From the NCBI GenBank assembly GCA_002269645.1, contig NIVC01001275.1, positions 62,001-126,000 of the forward strand: a DNA stretch of 64,000 nt, in the 5' to 3' direction. The stretch comes from Macrostomum lignano (taxonomy: Eukaryota). The notes beneath the pieces were generated by a model that searched no databases, had not been told where the DNA came from, and saw nothing but the letters and a program-made list of their open reading frames with translations. Made by a program: the position numbers and the translations under genes. This document shows, one piece after another, positions 47,188 through 59,500 of this stretch (within the stretch, counting starts at the first letter, position 1; every line of letters begins with the position of its first letter).

Positions 47188-48612
47188 TGGTGCTCGATCA
47201 GGTCCGGCAAAATTGCCAGACACGCGCGGGCATATAATTTTTTCTGGCACGACTTTTTATGATCGCAAGTCAACTTGATGCGGTCGTGCGCGTCAGCTAT
47301 AGCTGAAAGCCCATTGGTTCCCTTGAGTCAGGCCTAGCAGACACACAAGAGAATGCTATATGCACGCCGCCCGTGTTAACGAAGCGCACCAAGTGAACTA
47401 TTAAAGTTAATATATAGCGCAGGAGAAGAGGCTGCCGGGGCGCGTGGCAAAGGAAGCCCGAACAATGCACACTCGTGTTTCCATTATTAACTGATTTTAG
47501 TTCAAGGTGAGGCAGAAGACTGCAACCAGCTATAAGGGGGCTGGAATCAAGGAGTGGAATAGGAGACGGGGGACCCAGAGAAAAGAGCTTAATACTTCAC
47601 CTCTCTTCTATCGCATCCCATTCTTTGCTGTTGCCGGGCAAGAAGCTGCCGAGTCCGGCCGATGGAGATGAAAGCCGACAGGAAGCTGGAAAACACAGGT
47701 CTCAATCCGTGCCGTTCCCGCGTCTAAATAGCGAGTAGAGCCGTTCGTAGCAAAGCCGGCATCGAGACTGACTGACTTTGATAAAGTGCTGAGCACTTCC
47801 TCTTTTCTCTGCTAGATGAGAGAAACCCGTAGGTTTGGGATCGGGATATCTGGCGCTAATGGACACATTTTATAGTTTAAACTGGGAACGATTTATGAGC
47901 TTCCTTTACTGCACGGCAACTTAGAAGGGGCAGATATGGCTTTCCTTGCGACTGAACCATCACTGAACATTCCAACGTGAGCTTGAAGGAGCCCTGACAA
48001 CAACTCCTGGCTAACGACTCAAACAGTTCTCTGCACTTTTATCAACCGATTAAGCCAAAAGATTTACTTTGGCAAAATTATTTTCTTTTATAAACTTTCC
48101 AGCTGGAATGCATAGCTATCAAACGACGACCGCAAAAAATGATAGAAACCGTTTGATCTGTCTATTGCCTTTGTGACAAGCGGTTTTGTCCTTGTATCCT
48201 CAAAGCGATTGATTATTGCAGAGTTATTTTTTTGTGTTTGGAAAACTCAGAGGGAACGGTCGCTTGGACCTGTACAATGCTTGACTGACATCGCTCCAAT
48301 CTACAGCGGTGCATTACATGATGCTATATACACGTAGCTCTATTTGCACTTTTGCTGCAAGACACGATACGACAAAAAGATACTAATAAACCTTTATTCC
48401 CAAGTCAGCCCAGAGGAGCCGGCACAGCCATAGACATAAATGAGCCGGTGGCCCTCTCCCTATCTATCTAGTCCCGGCTGCAGCTGCCCAAGCAAGCCAG
48501 AGAGAAACTAATCCGAGGACCAGCGAACGAAGGGCACACCTTGCTCGCGTCCGTGCAATTCGTCTGATTGCTAACTAGACTCGAGAAAGAGCGCTAGAGA
48601 AAGCCAGGCACA

Positions 48613-49235
48613 ATGTCGTGCGGTGCCTTTGGTGGCAGCGGCAGCTGCGGCGGCGGTGGAGGCGTCGGCGGCGGCGGCGGCGGCGGCGGCAGCATCGGCA
48701 TGCCGGGAGGCTTTGCCGCGCCGCGTCGTTACGCCGACCGAGGATTCTTTGATCCGTTCTGCATGCCCGTAGAAAACAGCCGGTGCGAGCCCAGCTGCTA
48801 TTTCAATCCGTTTGTCCACGCCCAGTGCCTCGGAGTCGACATGAACATGGATGGCTTCCGTAAAGACATTCTCAAGTGCCAGGAAGACTACAAGAAGGCC
48901 GTCTGGGCGGTATTGAAGAAGTACGCGTTGGAGAGGGCTCGAACAAGAGTAATAGTAACAGTAACATGAACAACAGCCTCAGCAACCACATCAACAGCAT
49001 GATGGCCGGCTTCGATGCCATGAACAAAAATGGCAACAATATGTCCGGCTTCAACCAAGTGCATCCCAACAGCAACAACATGAACGTGATGAACATGATG
49101 GACGTGCTCAACCCGGATGTTGGCGGCTTCTTCGGCGGAAACTCAGCCAATGCCAGGCGCAGCAGAAGCAGCGGCTTCCATCTCGATGATCCGCGATTCA
49201 CGGGCGTATTTAGGAACCAGCTGCCGCCGATGTGA
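48613..49235 (+). CDS. Unknown protein with a Gly-rich N-terminus, Cys/aromatic middle and Asn/Met-rich tail; two overlapping frames probably joined by a 35- or 41-nt intron (48921-48955/48961)
   Basis: Both ORFs have GC3-rich, exon-like codons; AA|GTACGC...ATAG|T or AACAG|T restores the frame. Confidence 0.65.
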
Positions 49236-49899
49236 CGCTGGGAAGCAGTGCAGCACCGCGGCGGATCATCGCATCAAGAAAAATGAACAGCCTCGATTTT
49301 TTCCAGCTCATCGCACGACTCAACCAGTTTTTATTTGGCCAAGTCCCTTATCTTCAGGAAAAGTCATTTTTTCACGGACTGTCTGAAGCAGTATTTTTTG
49401 TCCTCTACGCCATCAATTATTTTTCTTGAATTTGTTGAAGAAACTGTTAACCGCCTCCGGGTCGCAGCCTTATTCGTAACCGACTCTGGGCCCCGCTAAT
49501 TCGTTAATCACTACTAAATACACGTACACTCGCGCAGTCAAGAGGAATTGCCTTCTTTTATGCCGAGCTTCCAACTTGGCGTCGCTAAAATATTTTATAG
49601 TGGCCGCGGCCGGCCGTTTGCAGCCAAATTAAATTTGTCTTGTACTTTTTGTGGCTTCATTTAATTGAGAAACTTCATGGAATTGAGACGTTTTATGATT
49701 ATCTAGGCCAGCTATACTAAACGTCTTAGATTTTGAGCTCTACCAAACTTACGAGTACATACTTACAGTTCCTGGCGACACTAGTACGGTACCTATTCGG
49801 TGTGTGTGCACAGTTGATGCCGATACTTGTACAAGGGCCGATCAGGAGCTTTATTTTTTACATGCTTATAGAAAAATATCTCAGAGATTCAATGCTCTT

Positions 49900-50545
49900 G
49901 ATTTTCAAAACAATATAGCTCATACTGCGGTATTCGTCCGCTAGAGGCTTGTAACCATCCAGCGCGATCACATTGGCCTGAGGAAGCTGACGAGTAGAAA
50001 CAGGCTGAACTGGTGCCGCCACATTGTGACATGTGACGAGACTTGTGTGTACTGCTGTGGATCCCAGGGTGAGTGCCAGTCTCAGGTCTCAAGTCAACGA
50101 AGGTGCTGCACACCAAGAGCACTACCAGCAAGCAAGTAGTATCCATTTTTTTCCGTCGCTTGGGTCACGTAGCGACTTTGCAGCTGCCAGACCAACGGAC
50201 AGTGACTGTGGCTTGGTACACAGGCTTCTGCTTGCCCCAGGTTTTCCGCAGCTTGAGTAGGCGAGTGCTCACGCGGCCCAGGCAAACAAGACAGTTCTTG
50301 AAGGCGCATGGACTGCAGTTGACCAGCCAATCGCCTTACTCACACCTGACTTGGCACCGTGTGACTTTTTTTCTGAAAAATTCAAAATCTGCATGGCCAG
50401 CGATTTTCAACTGCAGAGGAGGCTGCTGCTGATGCATTTGATGAGGCAGTGGATGGGTGTCTAATTCTGAGTGGCACCACTGCTTTCACTCGTAGTTTAA
50501 AGAAATGAAGCGCCGTGTACAAGCTGATGGAGAGTACTTTTAAAA
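49900..50545 (+). pseudogene. Highly degraded, internally deleted mariner relic (a different family from the 44-kb copy)
   Basis: Recognisable fragments IVTCDETCVY, KSTTSKQVVSIFF..GHVATL...RTVTVAWYTGFCLPQVF, QSPYS.DLAP.DFF and DGEYF*K. Confidence 0.75.
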
Positions 50546-51895
50546 GTTGTTTAGAAGTGTGCACAATTCCTGTCGATGCTTGTACGGTATCTAGGTTATG
50601 TACATGTACTGACTTGTACTATAGTTACCTGTCGGTGATACTTGCTAAGTACTTCGAAGGTACCTTCGACTTCGTAATTTTTTTCCCATTTAAATTACAC
50701 TTGAGCAGTCAAGCTTCCTCTCTGCGCCTTGGTGGTTGACCCTCGTGCGTGTGAATCGAAAGACAAGCTAAAGGCCAATTTCTGAGCACAAACTCCAAAT
50801 GTATGTACGGTATGTCTGAACCAGGGGTTCTTGTGCAATAGTCAGCTGGTGCGTTTAACACTGATCTGCTCTGTCCCTTACACAATGCTTGCTGGTGCTG
50901 GTAATTTCGCTGCACCTGATCGGCCTCCCTTGCTTATGGTAACAGTATCTAGATTATAATATCACTCACTAAGGTGGACTGTTAGGGATGCGGCTGTTTC
51001 AGTCGATCTAACGGGTTGAAACACTTTGTCAACTTGTTAAGTAGTGCTAGTCGGTGCAATTTCGCAATTAATTTATGGCAACTTTGTCGGCAGTTTATTG
51101 ACACAGTTTGATCCACACGGTAAATGCTTTTGGGGTAAATTGTCTATCAGTAAAAGCACTAGAATTGTAAAATAACTTCATGTAACAGGTCAGGTCCTCC
51201 AGTCAGTCAGTAGGTACCGGAATTGGAGTTTAACTACAGCGCGTCACGGTCCTCACTATAGCCTGGGAGTTGCATTTCAGAGCCTACTTCAGTAGCTGAG
51301 AACAATATCCGCCCTGGGACCCCGGAGAGAGGGAGAGAGACCACAATTGCTCGAGCAACACTAGAGGAGTCGATCAGTGGTGCCACCCCCTCCCTAAAGC
51401 CAGTGCAAATTCAGTCTGCTCATTCTGCTGCGCAGCTACCAGAGTAGAAAATCAAGTAGTAAATTTGAAGCGCCACACAATGGATAGAAGACTGCTACAG
51501 CTGGTGAGAAGTGACCGGCAGTCTGTCAGAGGCTGCAGTATGGCCTGATCGATTGCAGAATGGGCCGAGGGAGCGAACTGTTGCACCCTCGGATCCTACA
51601 GTTGTTCTGGTCTTCCCTGCATTCGACTCCCCTCAATTCTCTTGTGGTGGCCGGGGGCAGTGCCGGCAAACTGACCACCAATGAGTGCGCAGTGCAACTG
51701 GCTGCGGTCGACAAAAATCGAGCGAATGTTTTTTCCACTCAAAATCCGAAGTTGCTTCTCTCTGCGCCACTCTCTAGCTGGCAATCGCACTTCCGCTTTT
51801 GAAGCAATCAGTTCTGCAACAGAGACAGGCCGTAGCTTATCGGTTGCCAGGGTGGGCCGTTCCAGCACAGACGGTAAGTAGCGGCCAGAGTGTTC

Positions 51896-52489
<594 letters not shown>

Positions 52490-53137
52490 GGAACCATTAA
52501 AAGTAAATAAATCTGGCAAAGAATCAATGGAAAGTTTTTGGAGTCAGACAGAATCCCATAATGGGAACATTCAGAATTCAGAAATGGATATTTCTCAGTC
52601 ATTCAAATTCTGCCAATCACTGGCAGCTGCCTGCCGGACCCTTGAAGCCGAATGAGTTTCCAACTGATTTCTTAGAAAATGGTCGGAATTTTCCGGGTCA
52701 TTTCATGGAGAAATAGGTGTGCTAGATAAAGTCTGAGAGACAGGCGGCGCAGCCCCTGGCTCCATCGGACAGACACGAGGGCACGATGTGGCACGGAGGC
52801 TGGGGCAGATGTGAGAGAGAGGATAATTCCAGAGGATAAAGCCGCATGCCATGTCCAGATGATGGACGGGAGCGGCCGCATAAATCCTTGGAACACTGCT
52901 GAGTGCGTGTCAGGTGCCGCCCGTCAGAACTCGATGTCGAATATCGCATCGAAAGCAGCGAGATAATGAAAAGTGCATGGTAAAATAAACACGTCAGTTC
53001 ATTAGCCTCCCAAAACCTCACCTGTGCCTGTTTTGCAGGAGTTCGCTATTTTCATTATTTGTATCTTCTTTCCTGGCTTCTAATGGCCGCAGACCCAGTT
53101 ATCGCTCAAACTTTCAGCTCCATACGACACGTATCTG

Positions 53138-53290
53138 ATGAGGATGCGACTTGCAGAACTGCTGTTGCTGTGCCTGGCGACTGCCTTCAGCAGCTGCTTG
53201 ACGGCTGCACTCGGCCTTCAAACTGAAGATGACAAAGTCTTCAGAGTGGGTGAGTTGCTGTCTTAGTGTCTGTCTGTCTGTCTGTCTTAG

Positions 53291-53361
<71 letters not shown>

Positions 53362-53450
53362 ATGTCTGTCTGTCTGTCTGTCTATCTGTCTGTCTGTATG
53401 TCTGTCTGTCTGTCTGTCTGTATGTCTGTCTGTCTGTCTGTCTGTTTTAG

Positions 53451-53495
<45 letters not shown>

Positions 53496-53496
53496 T

Positions 53497-53533
<37 letters not shown>

Positions 53534-56500
53534 ATGTCTGTCTGTCTGTCTGTCTGTATGTCTGTCTGTCTGTCTGTCTGTCTGTATGTCTGTCTGTTTG
53601 TCTGTCTGTATGTCTGTCTGTCTGTCTGTCTGTCTTAGTGTCTGTCTGTCTGTCTGTCTGTCAGACATCCAACCCGGAACCTCAGGCGCGGTGCTCGAGT
53701 CGGGCGACACTGTGTTGGAGATCGCGCTCAGGCGGGCAGTCGAGGTGGCCAACGGAGTGCTTGACCGCAGCAAAAACCTGCACGGCTACCGGCTAGTGCC
53801 AGACATTCGCCGGATCTCCGATTCCGACTCGTTCAACGCGTCCCTTGAAGGTGAGCGAAACTCCAACTGCTACTCCAGCTGCCACTCCAACTGCCACTCC
53901 AACTGCTATTCTAACTGCCACTCCAACTGCTCCCCATTCTTGCACTCCAGTTTGCTCCCTGCTGGAGACCGGCGTGGTTGCCATTGTGGGCCCAACCTCC
54001 GGCCAGGCCTCCGAGCAGGTGCGCTCCGTGTGCGAGTACTTCGCTGTGCCGCACATCGAGACCACCTGGAACTACCGGCTGCCCAGGCCCAACCACTACA
54101 CAGTGAATCTCAGTCCGCACTTTGAGACCTACAGCCAGGCGCTCAGCGACTACATCAAGACCATGGTGCCCGCGACTAGGACTGCCGTCATCTATGATGA
54201 CCCCGACTGTGAGCGGCTCTCGCTGGTCACTAAACTCGATCATAATCTCACTTATGACCTCACTTATGACCTCACTTATGACCTCACTCACGACCTCACT
54301 CATGACCTAAGTTATGAACTCACTCATGACCTCACTTATGACCTCACTCATGACCTCACTTATGACCTCACTCACGACCTCACTCATGACCTAAGTTATG
54401 AACTCACTCATGACCTCACTCACGACCTCACTCATGACCTCACTCATGACCTCACTTATGGCCTCACTTATGACCTCACTCATAACCTCACTCACAACCT
54501 CACTCATGACCTCACTTATGACCTCACTAATGAACTTACTTTTGACCTCACTAATGACATCACTCATGACTTCAATAACGACCTCACTTATGACCTCACT
54601 AACGACCTCACTTATGACCTCACTTATGACCTCACTTATGACCTCAATAATGAACTTACTTTTGACCTCACTAACGACTTCACTCATTAACTCACTCATG
54701 ATCTCGTTCATGAGCTCACTCATGAACTCACTCACCCACTAATCATCCGATCCCCGCATCCCGCCGAACCCACCGCAGCACTGCTGAAATTCGAAGGTCT
54801 TTTAAACGCAGCTGACTCGCCCGTGCTTGTGCGCCAATGGGCCAAGCGGTCCGGCACCTACAAATACGTGATGAAGGAGCTGCGAGCGGCGCGAATTTCC
54901 AGATTCCTAGTCGACATCCCCGTCAAGAAGTTGGTTCGATTTATGATCATTGTGAGTAATGCCCTTACCTTTAGTCCATGGCTTAATATACAAGCAGGTC
55001 CTATTAAAATGCACCAACTCATCAATATTTGACTTACCAACTGAAAACCTACAGGCTAAAGAAATGAACATGACTTCTGAGTACAATAGCTACATTTTCA
55101 CAGCATGGGTAAGCGAAATGGTTGTAGATTGAACGAGTGAATGAGTAAGAGATTGAGTTCATGAGTGAGTTGTTGAGTGAGTTGATGAGTAAAATCATCA
55201 GGTCATTAGCGAGTTCATGGGGTCCATAAGTGAGTTCGTGGGATCATGAGTTTATGGGATCAAGAGTTCACGGGGTCATGAGTGAGTTCATGGGGTCATG
55301 AGTGAGTTCATGGGGTCATGAGTGAGTTCATGGGGTCATGAGTGATTTCATGGGATCATGAGTGAGTTCATATGGTCATGAGTGAGTTCATGGGGTCATG
55401 AGTGAGTTCATGGGATCATGAGTGAGTTCATGGGGTCATGAGTGAGTTCATGGGATCATGAGTGAGTTCATAGGATCATGAGTGAGTTCATGGGGTAATG
55501 AGTGAGTTCATGGGGTAATGAGTGAGTTCATGGGGTCATGAGTGAGTTCATATGGTCATGAGTGAGTTCATGGGGTCATGAGTGAGTTCATGGGGTCATG
55601 AGTGAGTTCATGGGGTCATGAGTGAGTTCATGGGGTCATGAGTGAGTTCATGGGGTCATGAGTGAGTTCATGGGGTCATGAGTGAGTTCATGGGGTCATG
55701 AGTGAGTTCATGGTGTCATGAGTGAGTTCATGGTGTCATGAGTGAGTTCATGGGTCATGAGTGAGTTCATCGGGTCATGAGTGAGTTCATCGGGTCATGA
55801 GTTTCCCCCCACAAACCGCAGGACGTGAACCGCGTCGATCTGTCCGACTTTCAAGTCATTCGCGGCTCAAATTTCTCAACGCTGACTCTGCTGCCTTCGG
55901 TGCCTCCGGACGCCAAGTACGACCGCGGCCCCATCGTTGAGCAAATGAGAAACGAAATCTACCGGGCTGAGCGGGAGAAGAGGGACTACAGCAGCCTGCT
56001 GTTCAACATGCTGCCCGTGAGGCTCATGGGCTCATTCACACAGCATCAGACTCTTCATTCACACAGCACCAAATTCCATTCACACAGCATCAGACTCTTC
56101 ATTCACACAGCATCAGACCCTTCATTCACACAGCATCAGACTCTTAATTCACACAGCTCCGAATTCCCATTCACACAGCACCAGACTCTTCATTCACACA
56201 GCTCCGAATTCCCATTCACACAGCATCAGACTCTTCATTCACACAGCATCAGACTCTTCATTCACACAGCATCAGACTCTTCATTCACACAGCTCCGAAT
56301 TCCCATTCACATAGCACCAGACTCTTCATTCACACAGCTCCGAATTCCATTCACATTCCATTCACATAGCATCAGACCCTTCATTCACACAGCATCAGAC
56401 TCTTAATTCACACAGCTCCGAATTCCCATTCACACAGCAGCAGACTCTTCATTCACACAGCTCCGAATTCCCATTCACACAGCAGCAGACTCTTCATTCA

Positions 56501-59500
56501 CACAGCTCCGAATTCCCATTCACACAGCACCAGACTCTTCATTCACACAGCTCCGAATTCCCATTCACACAGCATCAGACCCTTCATTCACACAGCATCA
56601 GACTCTTAATTCACACAGCTCCGAATTCCCATTCACACAGCAGCAGACTCTTCATTCACACAGCTCCGAATTCCCATTCACACAGCAGCAGACTCTTCAT
56701 TCACACAGCTCCGAATTCCCATTCACACAGCATCAGACCCTTCATTCACACAGCTTTAAAATCTAACACAGCTCAATCCTGGCATTAGAAGACCCCGTAT
56801 TTCCGACAGCCGCCCTTCCCTTCTCCCCTTTGGCCATCCGACAGACGGCCGCGGCCACCCTGTTCGACAGCATCATGCTGCTGGCCAGCGGACTCAACCA
56901 GCTCACCACCTCGCAGGTGGTTCGGCCGCAGCGGTTGTCATGCCAGGCGCCGCGACAGGAGATGTGGACTGCCGGGCCCAGCCTGCTGAACTTCATGAGA
57001 TCCGTGAGGCTGGAGCTTTGATGGAGGGGTGATGGTGAAACAGATGGTGTGTGCTGTGCTGTGTGTTTATGGATGACTCAAATGGGTGCTGCGTGTTTAT
57101 TTGCGACTCAAATGGGTGCTGCGTGTTTATGGATGACTCAAATGGGTGCTGCGTGTTTATTTGCGACTCAAATGGGTGCTGCGTGTTTATGGATGACTCA
57201 AAGGTGTGCTGTGTGTTTATTTGCGACTTAAATGGGTGCTGTGCGTTTATTTGCGACTCAAATGGGTGCTGCGTGTTTAAGGATGACTCAAATGGGTGCT
57301 GCGTGTTTAAGGATGACTCAAATGGGTGCTGCGTGTTTATTTGCGACTCAAATGGGTGCTGCGTGTTTATTTGCGACTCAAATGGGTGCTGCGTGTTTAT
57401 GGATGACTCAAATGGGTGCTGCATGTTTATTGATATTGATGACTCAAATGGGTGCTACGTGTTTATTTGCGACTCAAATGGGTGCTGTGTGTTTATTGAT
57501 GACTCAAATGGGTGCTATGTGTTTACTGATGACTCAAATGGGTGCTGCGTGTTTATTGATGACTCAAATGGGTGCTGTGTGTTTATTTGCAGTCAAGAAT
57601 TGTGCTACGGGGGAAGCTGAGCAGTGAGTTTATGACCCATGAACCACTCGTGACCACCCGCCCCGCAACAGATGCCCGGTGACATCGCTCAGCAGACCCT
57701 GACAGGGCCGGTTACCTTCGACGGGGACTGGAAGCGGGTGAACTTCAGCCTCTACGCCTACGAGCTGACCGCTAGCGGCTTCTCAGAGGTTCGTTACATC
57801 CGGTTCCATTATCCTGAAAACATTCGGTTTCATTATCCCGACAACATCCAGTTGCATTATGGACTCAAATGGGTCCTGCCCATTTGACACATGGGCAGGA
57901 GATCTGCTAAGATCTGGTTCCATTATCCCAACAACATCCGGTTCCACTTCCTGCTAAGATCTGGTTCCATTATCCCTACAAAATCCGGTTCCATTATCCC
58001 AACATCTGGTTCCACTTCCTGACAAGATCTGGTTCTATTATCCCGACAACATCCGGTTAAATATTCCTGACAACATCGGTTACATTATCCTGATAACATC
58101 CGGTTCCATTATCCCGATAACATCCGGTTCCATTTATCCAGACAACATGGTTCCGCTATACTCTCAAAATCCGGTTCCATTTTACTGATAACATCCGGTT
58201 TTTTCCCCACCAAAGTTTCAAAGTTTCATAACTCTTGTATCAGAATTTTCACCTCTCACAGCTCGGCAAATGGCACTCTCTGGACGGCTTCAATCTGACA
58301 AAACGATTCGAGGACACCAAGGAGGAGTACATCAAGATTCTGCAGAACAGGACCCTGCGAGTCACTACAGTGGCAGTAAGTGCAAATTACTAACCACGAC
58401 CATCTTTGCTTAACTAGATTAAAAATACGCTAATCCAATCAGCTGATACTAATAAACAAAGATGAAACTTTTTGTCCCGCAAGGACGCGCCATTCGTGAA
58501 GATCAAAGAGACCGACGAAAAGGGCGTGCCGCTGCCGCACCCGTCGGCCTGGGACGGATTCTGCATAGACATGCTGAATCTGATTGCGCAACAGGTTGGC
58601 TTTAATTACACGGTGCACCTGGTCAAGGATGGCAACTACGGGGCAGTGAACGGCTCGGATGAGGACGGTCGGGAGACATGGAATGGCATGATTGGAGAGC
58701 TCATCAATCACGTAAGTCGAGCTTATCATGTTTTGGGATTTGAATTTGAAACTGAATATCGCGGCTTCCCCTTTCGCGGAATCCAGGAAGCCGACTTGGC
58801 CATCGCTTCGCTCACCATCACGTACGAGAGGGAGCGGGTGATCGACTTCACCACCCCGTACATGTCTCTGGGCCTCAGCATCATGTTCAAGCGACCGGAG
58901 AAGTCCAAGCCGCATCTGTTCTCCTTTCTGCAGCCGCTGTCGGTGCCGGTAAGCTGGCTTGTCTGCTCTGTGATTGGCTGATTGGGGAGCTGATTTACCG
59001 CTGTATGTTCTCTAACATCTGGGCTGTGATTGGCTACTGAGTGACCGGCTCTTTCCCGGCTGTGATTGGCTGCTGAGTGACCGGCCCTTTCCTGGCTGTG
59101 ATTGGCTGCTGAGTGACCGGCTCTTGCCCAGCTGTAATTGGCTGCTGAGTGACCGGCTCTTTCCCGGCTGTGATTGGCTGCTGGATAACCGGCCGTCCCT
59201 CTCTCTCTCCCTCGATGCAAGCCTGCAACACTTACCCCACGGCACCGCCCGCAGGTGTGGGGCTACATGCTGGCCGCATATGTGATTGTCAGCTTCGTGC
59301 TGTTCGTCGTGGCCAGGGTGTCGCCCTACGAGTGGCAGAACCCGCACCCGTGCGAGCCTGACAACAACGAGGTTGAGAACCAGTTCTCGCTGCTCAACAG
59401 CCTGTGGTTCAATGCTGGCTCGCTGATGCAACAGGGTGAGAATTACTCGATTAGGCTACTCAGTAAGTAGTATGCTTGGGGTAATCCGGCATAGGCGTCA

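Noticed and set aside
52670-53020. Possible LINE post-RT fragment on the minus strand (LFYHALFIISLLS)
   Set aside because: Only one short motif matches and the frames are broken.
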